Positions 36,233-45,186 of a stretch of DNA of 55,690 nt are shown piece by piece. The translations under genes were made by a program, and so were the position numbers. Origin of the DNA: Holosporales bacterium (lineage in GTDB: Bacteria; Pseudomonadota; Alphaproteobacteria; RUG11792); NCBI GenBank assembly GCA_031266385.1, contig JAISBC010000045.1, positions 1-55,690 of the forward strand. The letters run 5' to 3'. The notes beneath the pieces are model-generated. The model was not told the origin of the DNA, searched no databases, and saw only the letters and a program-made list of their open reading frames with translations. Positions within the stretch are counted from its first letter, which is position 1, and each line of letters opens with the position of its first letter.

Positions 36233-37177
36233 TCATTCTCCTTCTATTTCTCGATCTTTACACAAAAACAGGGGAATAACGAATACCGATATCATAGCGA
36301 TGGATAGGGCACAAGTCATCGGCCAATCTAAATTGTTGAAAAATTCTGTCCATAGAATTCTTCCGAAAGTTACAGAGCCTGCTCCACCAAGGAGCTCGGG
36401 AATAACAAATTCCGCGAGTGAGGCCGTTCCGACCATTAAGCATCCGGTCTTTAGTCCATTAATAGATATCGGTACGATTAATGTCCAGAAGGTTCTGGAT
36501 ATGCTACACCCAAGATTCCACGCCGATTCTATACATGATCTATCGACCTTATCCAAAGCAGAATATATCGGAAATATCATCAATGGTAGATAACAGAATA
36601 TTAGTCCAATACACACCATACAGTAATTACCGATAAAATGAATTGGTTCATCGATTAATCCGATTTTGATGAGGAAGTTATTGACTATTCCATGGGCACT
36701 CAACATGTTGATCCATGAGTATACTCTGATCAAAAATGATGTCCAGAACGACAATGAAACTAGTAATAATAGGGGAGTACGCAGCCCTTCGCGGGTACAC
36801 CGTATTCCATACGCCATCACAAAGCCGAAGGCGGCACACGTGACGGTCGTAATAAAACTGAGCGTCACAGAATTGACGAATGCATGTGCATAATAGGAAT
36901 CGCTCATGATAGTAATATAATTCTGTATATTGAGCGTAATCTCGATAATATTATTCGCGGACCATTTAAAGATTTCGGAAAATGGAGGAATGCCAAATAC
37001 TGCGTTCGCGAAACTAATTTTTAAGATCACCATGACGGGGATTATGAAGAACAAGAAGAGCCACGCAAGCGGCAATAATGCCAAGAAAAACTTCATGTTC
37101 TTCATGCTTTTATATAGCATGCTACCCTTTATCGTCTTTAAGATCTTCGGGATTCCGGGTAATTCTTCCAAGCTCAT
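36233..37177 (-). CDS. potB: ABC transporter permease, PotB (spermidine/putrescine)-like
   Basis: 314 aa with six TM segments. The EAA-loop region CIESAWNLGCSISRTFWTLIVPIS is present. Overlaps the upstream ATPase gene by 4 nt. No potC or potD follows. Confidence 0.65.
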   Translation of the reverse strand: MSLEELPGIPKILKTIKGSMLYKSMKNMKFFLALLPLAWLFLFFIIPVMVILKISFANAVFGIPPFSEIFKWSANNIIEITLNIQNYITIMSDSYYAHAFVNSVTLSFITTVTCAAFGFVMAYGIRCTREGLRTPLLLLVSLSFWTSFLIRVYSWINMLSAHGIVNNFLIKIGLIDEPIHFIGNYCMVCIGLIFCYLPLMIFPIYSALDKVDRSCIESAWNLGCSISRTFWTLIVPISINGLKTGCLMVGTASLAEFVIPELLGGAGSVTFGRILWTEFFNNLDWPMTCALSIAMISVFVIPLFLCKDREIEGE

Positions 37178-38362
37178 GTTGCCAACACCATGCTATTTTC
37201 CGCCCGCCAGAACAAGTATACCTCATCTTCCCACTGAAAATTTCTGTCGTCGAGTCGTAGGAGATTAGGAAGGGTTGCGATTACGGTCTTCCCCGATGCT
37301 ATCCGCACGTAGTATGTCGATATATTTCCAAGGTATGCGATTTCTTTGATGGTCCCTTTGACCCAGTTCCTCGGGTATGCTGGTCTTAATGTCGAGATCA
37401 TGATTTTTTCTGGCCTGACGGCGTAGATTACTCTGGTCCCAACGGGAACCGTCCCGGCATGAGTAGCGTTGCAAACGCAGCCGATCTCTGAGGATTCTAT
37501 TAGAACTTGATCAAGCTGGTGTTCCAGAACGATGCCCTCAAAAAAATTGACCTTCCCGATAAATTCAGCGACATATTTAGAATTCGGGAATTCATAAATG
37601 TCATGAGGAGTTCCTATCTGCCTGATTTTACCTTCTTCCATGACGGCCATTCTGCTCGACATCGTCATGGCCTCTCCCTGATCGTGAGTCACCATAACGA
37701 ACGTGACCCCAATCCGTTCCTGAATATTGACTAATTCGAATTGGGTCAGCTCTCTCAAACTCTTATCGAGGGCGGCCATCGGTTCGTCTAGCAGGAGCAA
37801 CTTAGGCTGCTTAACCAAACATCTCGCCAGGGCAACTCGTTGTTTTTGCCCGCCGGATAATTGGCCTGGGAAACGGTGCTCGAGACCCGAGAGATTGACC
37901 AATCCAGTGATTTCTCTAACCTTATCATTGATCAGAGACTTCGCTAGTTTATCCTGCTTGAGACCGAAGGCTATGTTATCGAAGACGTTGAGATGCGGGA
38001 AGATGGCGTAAGACTGAAACATCATGTTGACGGGGCGCTTAAAAACGGGAATTCCCGTGATATCTACGCCATCAATAAATATTTTCCCGGACGAAGGCTT
38101 CTCGAATCCGGCCAAAATCCTCAGGAAAGTTGTTTTACCGCACCCGGAGCTTCCGAGGAGGGAGAACAACTCATTCTTGTAGATTGAGAGAGAGACGTCC
38201 CTGAGTGTGACGACTCCTCCAAATGATTTCGAAACATTCTTGACGACGACGAAGGGCTCGGCCCCTGGATCCTGCCAAGCTTCTCGGTGCTGAATAGTGA
38301 GCAGGGAGCCCTCCAGATAAAAAAAACGACGGACACCATACGACGATGTTGGATGGTAGCAT
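37174..38362 (-). CDS. potA: ABC transporter ATPase, PotA-like; 5' end unresolved (frameshift at homopolymer or non-canonical start)
   Basis: Walker A GSSGCGKTT, Q-loop MMFQSYA, signature LSGGQKQRVALAR, Walker B LLLLDEP, H-loop VTHDQ, C-terminal TOBE-like domain. The frame stays open and conserved upstream of the track start (EPFVVVKNVSKSFGGVVTLRDVSLSIYKNE) up to TAA 38362-38364, with no ATG/GTG/TTG in it. ATG 38362-38360 lies one frame off, upstream of the A8 run at 38319-38326. Confidence 0.75.
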
Positions 38363-38466
38363 TAGTTAGATCATGGGTCAATCCTGGCGATATCAAGGAA
38401 TCTTTCAACAGTAGTTAGAGATTGAGTTTTTGAGGATTAGAGTGGGAACAAATACAATAAATTTAC

Positions 38467-38495
38467 TTACAAGAGCACGAGAAATATGCTACAAT
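38467..38495 (+). promoter_or_regulatory. sigma70-like promoter for the giant ORF
   Basis: TTACAA-N17-TACAAT, ending 35 nt upstream of ATG 38531. Confidence 0.45.
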
Positions 38496-38530
38496 CAAAA
38501 TATTGAGCACACAAGTTACAAAGAGCATAG

Positions 38531-41500
38531 ATGATTCTAGGCAAAGGGCGCAATAAAAAGGATGTGACTGTTCATAAGATATGTACAATAATCCTCTGGC
38601 CAATAATCATCGTTCAGACAATCCAAACCGAAGTCTACGCATCAGGGCAGCGCCCCAAGGTAGCCGCACCCAAACAACATAGGGAAACATTCACCCTTCC
38701 CGACGCATGGAGATTAAAAATTCAAGACCCAAAATCTGCATTGAAGGCAATTCCTATTCTCAACGCAGCATTTGGGGGGCAAGCGCTCACAGCGCAAAAT
38801 GTCCCTGTACTACACGCCATGCTTAATCCTGCGGATTTCATATTGGCCGCTAAGCATCACGACCCTGACAGCGAATGGGGCGTGCTTGCTCGGCCCGACG
38901 CTAGCGCCATCTTGTCCGATCCAAAAACCCCAAATAGAGTATCTCTTCGTCGATTTGCGATAATACGAGAACTGGTTGCCCAGAATCCATCCTTAGGGGG
39001 CGGAAGGATGACGGTATCACAGTTCTTGGATTTATTGATGAGACCAGCACATCCAAAAGTATCACAACAGATATGGGCGGATTTGTTATCTCTAACGTCT
39101 ACTTGGCTGGGATCAACAGTAGTAGCAAACTTTAGTGCTCGCCTTGGATTATCTGATCCAAGCACAAGCAAGGTCGCAGACGAAATAGCAAGAAATCCTT
39201 TTGTAAGACACGCAGCGCTAGAATTTTTCACTCCAGGTGTATTTCTGTTAAACCCAGAGCTAAGCAAAGCGTCAGAAGATAAAACACCAATTAAGGTACT
39301 AGACTTCGACAGAATAGCAAGAGTCCCCAAGATACTATACGAAAAGTATAAGGCGCTTCCACTTAACAAGGACAACATTTACAGAGCTGCGGCCATCCTG
39401 GATCCCGTATCCCTCGCCACAGCATACGGTAGGCTACCAGATACGCTAGCTCAACTTGGAGACCCAATAAAGCCTGCTACATGGGGACAATGGGAGAAAC
39501 TAGCCTGGCCCACTCTATTCCAAGCCATACAAGAAAACAAGATTTCCAGATCATTAATAGACAGCGCGTTGAGGCCAGCTGTTCCCGGATGGCTTCCCAT
39601 ATTTATCGAGGCCAACGACGGCACCTACACCATAGGAGCATTAACAGAAGCACTATCAGATCACTCCAGCAAACCACAGTACACTCAAATCCGCGAAAAA
39701 ATAACACAAGCCATGGAAAAAACCCCAAGCCTAGCAGGGGTATATCCCCCTAGGCCCACCCAAGTACCAATGGGTGTCCCGGGACACCAGGTAATCGCCC
39801 CCGATAATCCAGCAGAGCTCACGGATGTCAGACAGCAAATGAGGCAAGATCCCGGTTCCCAACAGCTGGTAATGGAGTGCCAGTACCCAGGGATCAAGCA
39901 CATAAAAAGGGACTGGGCCCCCATTCCGCCTCCTCCGCCCTATCAGGCTCCTAAAGATCCTCCTCAAATAGGGCTTTCAAACATCCCAATTGGGGCCCGA
40001 GGTCGTATCAAAAGAGTACCTGAACTAATGCTCAAAGCATATGGGGCCAAACCGATGGGCGAAGTTCCATCAAAGGCCGTACTAGCAATTATGTTCCCCG
40101 ATCAAACTCTGAATGCGGTTCAACAACTAAGGACGGACGCTGGTTTCACCTGGGGTGACTACGTTGCCATTGATTCAATAACAATGGAAGCAATAGAGTC
40201 CAAATTCCCCAATCATCAGATTCCTCTCAGGCTTGACAGGGAAGCAGTGGGATACGGGGACTACCCGGTCACAATTCACTCCCTGAAGGAATTTATAGAT
40301 TCACTAGTCAATCCTTACAAGAATCCCATAAGATCAACAACTCTGTTACAAATCATCCTCCGGCAAATCAGGAAGTCCAGTGAGCCAGAAAGGATGAATC
40401 AACTTAGGAGGCAGTACGGACTAAGTAGTGATCATCTCTACGACATGGCTCGCGAAATCGTTCAAAATAGGCAAAAAATGAAACAGTTTTACGGGGAGTT
40501 TGCTCCAGGATTGTTGCCAATGCTGGCCAAGACTCCTATCCCCCAAACCAACCCAGAAAAAGAGGTAAATCCTCGGAATCCCACACGAACAGCGTTCCTA
40601 TTGCAAAGGGTTCTTGAAAGAATCGGGAGTTTGGGAGAGTCAGGCAGGATGAATCAAATTAGGCAGCGGTACCACCTCCGTAGTGATAGACCATACGACA
40701 TGGCTCGAGAACTAATTCAAGACAAGGACAGACTGACACAATTTTGTGGGGAGTTCGCTCCCGGCCTCTTGCCAGATCTGTCCCGTCCAACTAACTTCAG
40801 CCACGGCCCAGCAAGAGCGATGCCTCCGCAGATACCTATCACCGCTCACGCAAACGAGCTGAACACGGCATTAGTGTCTGATGATTCACAGGTTCCTCAT
40901 CTGGCCAGCACCATCCTGGAACATTACGGAAATCGCGATATAACCCCAGCAACATCCATAATCGTAGCGGCGCTAGTTAGTCCAGAACTAGTCCAATCAA
41001 TCGTAAAACCGACTCCTTTTGGTAAAAAACCCTGGGCATCGCTGCTTACAGATGGGCATCACGCTACACGGCTCTTAAGTAAGTTATTTAAACACCAACT
41101 GCAATGGATTCCCTTGTTTGCAGAACAAGCCGGGAAACAAGTTGGTGGCGTCAAAATCAAAGAATTAGTTCAGGCCCTTACTGTGCCTTCAGCCAATAGA
41201 GAAAAGCACGATCCAATAATTTTTAAGATGACACGAGCAATAGCCCAAAAGCAAGACAGGAAAGTTGAGCAATTTTTTCACAAAATTAAAGAAGAAAATC
41301 CGTGGACTGATCCAGATGTGGAAGTAAGCCTTAAATTCAGAGATTCTAAGTCATGCAGAGCCTTTCGGGACAGATATGCTCCTGGCATTCAGGCAATGCA
41401 AGACAGGGAAGTTCGCGACAGACAAGAAGGAAAAAGTTATCGGTTTAGACCGGTACTAAAGTCAGAAGATCCGAACATTGAGCAATTCTCAAGAGCGCTA

Positions 41501-44500
41501 AGCACAATCGGAATCGAAGATCCCGTCCAAATTCTCCGTCTTCCAGCTGTAGTCATTGAAACATTCGGTAAGACACACATGACTGAGAAAGCACTCGGAT
41601 TGCTCGTGACCATAATGTACCCAGAATCAACTCGAGTTGCTCTCGGCGCAATTATTGGCAATGATCGTAGTAAGTGGGAAGAATTTTTTGTCGAATCGAC
41701 AAGATCAGCTGAAGTGATCAAAGAGATTACCACGGCATTTTCAGGGCCTGAATTACAGATAGTCCAAAATTTATTAAGTTGTACTTCCGGCAGTCCAACT
41801 CTTAACGAGCTAATCACCGGGCTAACGCGACCAGAAGTGGCGCAAGAAAAGTCAGTCTCCATGGTATCTCGGATGCTAAATGCAATTCAACTCGAGGTTG
41901 GTATTGAACCAATCCGAGCATTTGCAGTCCATAACACCATTGCTCACAAGTCGTCAGCCGAGCTAGCACAAGCGCTAGCAAAGCACAAACCCACACTGAT
42001 TGAATTCTATAGGCACTTTGTCCCAGGACTGGTAAATTTGATTGATCCGTCAGACACAACTCCTCACCAAACATATTTTGACGTGATTTCGCAGAGTAAG
42101 GGAGATGCCCCCCCTACTAGCGCGAGAAAGAGAATAACGTTTCCGACGAGCCCCGTCCTCGCGAATTATCCAGGTCCGATTATCGGCAACCTGAAGAAAG
42201 CAAGAGTCAAAGATCCAGAAATGGCATCCCGAGTATCATTGCACATCCAAGAGCGATTCAAAGACCGACAGGTAGGCGAGGTATCCCCAATTATGTTGGA
42301 AGCGATGTTGAACCCAGGAACAATTACCAGCACCGAGGACCGTAGCATTCAGCAAGGGTTCCCGTACACGTGGGACGAACTTGTTCAGATAGCTATCCAA
42401 ATAGATCCAGCTGTCGTGCCGCCCCCAACTAGCCTCGGAGCCCTGGTTAGTGCTCGGATGCACCACTTCGTCCGGCAGCTCCCAGCAGACATAACATTCG
42501 GACAGGTGTACAATTCATTAACATATCCTTCTTGGAACGAGGAATGTTCGAATACCGTATGGTCAGCGATGGCCAAAGCTTTCCATTCTCGTGGCAAAAC
42601 ACCGAAATTTATTAAGGACCACAAATTATCCTGGCCACTCAGTAATGCAGACATACGAGTCATCATGTCCCAACCAGAGGTTCGCCAAGATGTCCTACGA
42701 GCATGGGCTCCTGGTCTGCAACAGGACGACCAAGTAGTATCTAGGCCATCGCATCTTCCTACGAGAAGACTGGAACAAATCCAAATTCAAGATCCAGTTT
42801 ATCTTCCAGAAATTTCCAGGATTGTCCTTGAAACGTACGGATCCGATCAAATGAACGAAGCGGCTATTCCAGTCTTAGCAGCAATAATTGATCCAAAAAC
42901 TATCCAAATATACACTACTCGCACTAGAACACCGCCGTACCACTGGCAGTCATTTATCAACGACTATCGGAATTCAGTTCCACCTCGAGGTATCGAAAAG
43001 CCTTGCGCAGATCTCTTGGATCGCATGAGGTTATTCATCATGAAATGTAACGAAATTAGTCCAGAGAGAACAATCGATCAAGTCATAATGGATCTCACTC
43101 ATCCTATGTTGGATCCAAGACAGACCGCACAAACTCTTAGGGCATACCACGAGTCCCTCGATCTAAGTGACGAATATCTCGCCAGCAACCTTCAAGACGT
43201 CCTTGGAGAATTAGGCGCAGGTTCAGATCTGGTGCTGCGTCTAATCGGGAGCCCACGGTACGCAGACTACCTTGAAGGGGTTGCACCTGGATTGGTGCAG
43301 CTGACCAGAGCTAGAGAGAACAGGTGGCTCAATATTACCCAGCGGGAAAGGGATCGACTTCAGGAATGGATCGAAGGTATAGGAGGTTCTCCATCATCCG
43401 ATACAGAAACGAGCGACAGACTCCTGGCAAAGAAAGTTAGGCTCCCATTCCCCAACGGTTTCACTCAGGCGATTCGACAACGATACGGATCGGTACAAAT
43501 TGAGCCAAGTCAAGGTTTAAAGCTGATGTCCATCCTAGATCCAGACGGTCTTAAGGGCGCCATAGCTAAGAGTGGTCAACCCGAATTGAGTTGGCGACAG
43601 GCACTCGACACCACTGATCAAATATTTGTGAAAGAAGTAGTCTCAAAACTACCCATAAGATCAAAATCTATTCACGCATTTATCACTAGCATACGGCATG
43701 ATCCACCACCAACAATATTACAAATAGTTCAAAGTCTGGAAAACCCCAGAGCAAACCCAGCCCTCGCCACAAAAATATGGGACACATTATTTGGATCAGT
43801 ATCAGGTGTATTCGAGAAATTCCGGTCCTTATATGCCTCATTCCAAGAAGCTACCCCCATCACGTTGGCCAAAGCAGTAGTTGCAGAGGATTCAGTCAGA
43901 CGTGCTGCCATACGAGAATTCTTTCCTGCCTTAGATCAAAGCCCACAGTACAGAATAGGCCAAGCCACCACGTTTCAGCAGCTGGTGGAAGCCGGCATAC
44001 TTCATCCAGATCAATACGTTAGTAAGGAACTTGTCCCCATCCTCCTAAATTTGATAGATTCGCACCAATTTTACTTATTAGTTAGGTCAAACTCTAGGCT
44101 CCTTGATACAAAAGGGGCAGCTCTAACTTTTCAAGAACTCCAAGAGCTTTGGGTGAGTGCATCGGTAGTAAAGGAACAGATCATTCGAGGCTTGTCAGGT
44201 GAGAAAAGGGACCTCGTCAAACAAACCGAAATCGCAATAGAAGCCGGAAGGCGGCAAACTGTGAAACAATGGTTGGAACCATTCCCAACAACGATAGAGC
44301 CAGAAAGAGGGCTGCCGAGACCAATAAATCTAATGGAAGCACAAATGGATAGCCCAGACTTCGATCACCCGCAATTCGGCGAGAAAGCATATCTCGCACT
44401 CAGCAAGCAAGTATATGAGGCGAATAAGGACAAACCACTCGAAAACGTTCCACCCGCGATGGTAATGCTCATGTTCGATCCAGCAGGATACAGGGAATCA

Positions 44501-44890
44501 ATGAAACGATTTCAACATATTACCTGGCAAGAATCTCTTTCTCAGGTGCAAAAGATGCCCATCGACAGAATTTCTTCGACCACAGAGTTGGGTGCATTCC
44601 TGAAATTTCTTCAGGCAATAAAGCAATCCACCATATTCCAAAAGCTACAAACAGCTCCCGTCAGCAAACTGGTTACCCTTGTAGTAAACCCCAACTACGT
44701 TCAGAAGTCGACGATTCTTCTGTTGGCGCTATGGGAGGATGTCAAAACAGCAATACTCACGAAAGAACAAATTCCGACACAACCCAAAAAGATCACCATA
44801 GCAGATATGAAGGCCCAAGTAGAGGATCCGGCCCGCTACAAGGCTTATCTAGCCGAACAGTTCCCTTTTATCGGGAGGGTTTTAGAATAA
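38531..44890 (+). CDS. giant secreted modular repeat protein (2,119 aa), family unknown
   Basis: Uninterrupted 6,360-nt ORF. Sec-type signal MILGKGRNKKDVTVHKICTIILWPIIIVQTIQTEVYA/SG. Nine clear and one degenerate ~155-aa modules, each with the ordered landmarks [ILV]xxx[YF]G, hydrophobic-xP, and [FYW]xPG[LIV]. No catalytic or known repeat signature recognised. Confidence 0.85.
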   Translation: MILGKGRNKKDVTVHKICTIILWPIIIVQTIQTEVYASGQRPKVAAPKQHRETFTLPDAWRLKIQDPKSALKAIPILNAAFGGQALTAQNVPVLHAMLNPADFILAAKHHDPDSEWGVLARPDASAILSDPKTPNRVSLRRFAIIRELVAQNPSLGGGRMTVSQFLDLLMRPAHPKVSQQIWADLLSLTSTWLGSTVVANFSARLGLSDPSTSKVADEIARNPFVRHAALEFFTPGVFLLNPELSKASEDKTPIKVLDFDRIARVPKILYEKYKALPLNKDNIYRAAAILDPVSLATAYGRLPDTLAQLGDPIKPATWGQWEKLAWPTLFQAIQENKISRSLIDSALRPAVPGWLPIFIEANDGTYTIGALTEALSDHSSKPQYTQIREKITQAMEKTPSLAGVYPPRPTQVPMGVPGHQVIAPDNPAELTDVRQQMRQDPGSQQLVMECQYPGIKHIKRDWAPIPPPPPYQAPKDPPQIGLSNIPIGARGRIKRVPELMLKAYGAKPMGEVPSKAVLAIMFPDQTLNAVQQLRTDAGFTWGDYVAIDSITMEAIESKFPNHQIPLRLDREAVGYGDYPVTIHSLKEFIDSLVNPYKNPIRSTTLLQIILRQIRKSSEPERMNQLRRQYGLSSDHLYDMAREIVQNRQKMKQFYGEFAPGLLPMLAKTPIPQTNPEKEVNPRNPTRTAFLLQRVLERIGSLGESGRMNQIRQRYHLRSDRPYDMARELIQDKDRLTQFCGEFAPGLLPDLSRPTNFSHGPARAMPPQIPITAHANELNTALVSDDSQVPHLASTILEHYGNRDITPATSIIVAALVSPELVQSIVKPTPFGKKPWASLLTDGHHATRLLSKLFKHQLQWIPLFAEQAGKQVGGVKIKELVQALTVPSANREKHDPIIFKMTRAIAQKQDRKVEQFFHKIKEENPWTDPDVEVSLKFRDSKSCRAFRDRYAPGIQAMQDREVRDRQEGKSYRFRPVLKSEDPNIEQFSRALSTIGIEDPVQILRLPAVVIETFGKTHMTEKALGLLVTIMYPESTRVALGAIIGNDRSKWEEFFVESTRSAEVIKEITTAFSGPELQIVQNLLSCTSGSPTLNELITGLTRPEVAQEKSVSMVSRMLNAIQLEVGIEPIRAFAVHNTIAHKSSAELAQALAKHKPTLIEFYRHFVPGLVNLIDPSDTTPHQTYFDVISQSKGDAPPTSARKRITFPTSPVLANYPGPIIGNLKKARVKDPEMASRVSLHIQERFKDRQVGEVSPIMLEAMLNPGTITSTEDRSIQQGFPYTWDELVQIAIQIDPAVVPPPTSLGALVSARMHHFVRQLPADITFGQVYNSLTYPSWNEECSNTVWSAMAKAFHSRGKTPKFIKDHKLSWPLSNADIRVIMSQPEVRQDVLRAWAPGLQQDDQVVSRPSHLPTRRLEQIQIQDPVYLPEISRIVLETYGSDQMNEAAIPVLAAIIDPKTIQIYTTRTRTPPYHWQSFINDYRNSVPPRGIEKPCADLLDRMRLFIMKCNEISPERTIDQVIMDLTHPMLDPRQTAQTLRAYHESLDLSDEYLASNLQDVLGELGAGSDLVLRLIGSPRYADYLEGVAPGLVQLTRARENRWLNITQRERDRLQEWIEGIGGSPSSDTETSDRLLAKKVRLPFPNGFTQAIRQRYGSVQIEPSQGLKLMSILDPDGLKGAIAKSGQPELSWRQALDTTDQIFVKEVVSKLPIRSKSIHAFITSIRHDPPPTILQIVQSLENPRANPALATKIWDTLFGSVSGVFEKFRSLYASFQEATPITLAKAVVAEDSVRRAAIREFFPALDQSPQYRIGQATTFQQLVEAGILHPDQYVSKELVPILLNLIDSHQFYLLVRSNSRLLDTKGAALTFQELQELWVSASVVKEQIIRGLSGEKRDLVKQTEIAIEAGRRQTVKQWLEPFPTTIEPERGLPRPINLMEAQMDSPDFDHPQFGEKAYLALSKQVYEANKDKPLENVPPAMVMLMFDPAGYRESMKRFQHITWQESLSQVQKMPIDRISSTTELGAFLKFLQAIKQSTIFQKLQTAPVSKLVTLVVNPNYVQKSTILLLALWEDVKTAILTKEQIPTQPKKITIADMKAQVEDPARYKAYLAEQFPFIGRVLE
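40337..40774 (+). repeat. in-frame tandem duplication inside the giant ORF (255-nt period)
   Basis: aa 603-663 versus aa 688-748, ungapped at an offset of exactly 85 aa, with 33/61 identical by hand (RMNQLRRQYGLSSDHLYDMAREIVQ...FYGEFAPGLLP versus RMNQIRQRYHLRSDRPYDMARELIQ...FCGEFAPGLLP). Confidence 0.85.
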
Positions 44891-45186
44891 AGTGCTCCGA
44901 ATTTACAGGCCGAGTGACACAACCCACAATAGCAACATTTCTTTGGGTCATATGTATGTTTACCTGGTGCATTGATCAGTATCGCGTGGCAAGGGCAGAC
45001 TTCGGAGCACATCCTACATCCGACACATTTATCGCTATCGTAAGTTAAAATCTTCCTGAATTTATCCGATCTCTGGATCCCCTTCAAATCCCTCGTCACC
45101 GGCTTTTTAAAGCAACATTTAAGCCCAATGAAAAGAGCTTTCAAAATATCGATAAGTAGTGCGTTTTTTAAAAATCGTTTAATCAT
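44845..45186 (-). CDS. 2x[4Fe-4S] ferredoxin-domain protein, shortened NuoI-like
   Basis: 113 aa. [18 protein letters not shown] resembles the NuoI N-terminus. Clusters [12 protein letters not shown] and [12 protein letters not shown] (final Pro replaced by Lys). Overlaps lepA by 8 nt, and its 3' end overlaps the giant ORF by 46 nt. Confidence 0.55.
   Translation of the reverse strand: MIKRFLKNALLIDILKALFIGLKCCFKKPVTRDLKGIQRSDKFRKILTYDSDKCVGCRMCSEVCPCHAILINAPGKHTYDPKKCCYCGLCHSACKFGALYSKTLPIKGNCSAR

Noticed and set aside
38121-38408. ORFs 38121..38408 and 38171..38362 as independent small genes
   Set aside because: They are alternative frames across the potA 5' region. The conserved ABC N-terminal sequence is in the potA frame. 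Only the ATG of 38171..38362 is relevant, as a possible frameshifted start.
40337-40774. Tandem repeat as a diversity-generating retroelement VR/TR pair
   Set aside because: No reverse transcriptase is nearby, both copies are in frame within the same ORF, and the differences are not confined to adenine positions.
38857-41862. Minus-strand ORFs inside the giant gene (38857..39378, 41437..41862 and others)
   Set aside because: They are antisense shadows within a 6.4-kb open frame. They are Ser/Leu-rich low complexity, and the plus-strand frame carries the periodic conserved motifs.
38531-44890. Giant ORF as an RTX toxin, autotransporter, Rhs/YD, ankyrin, TPR or LRR protein
   Set aside because: It has no GGxGxD nonapeptides and no YD repeats. 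It has no C-terminal beta-barrel signature (it ends ...FPFIGRVLE, not in an aromatic residue). The repeat period of about 155 aa plus linker is far longer than ankyrin, TPR or LRR units.
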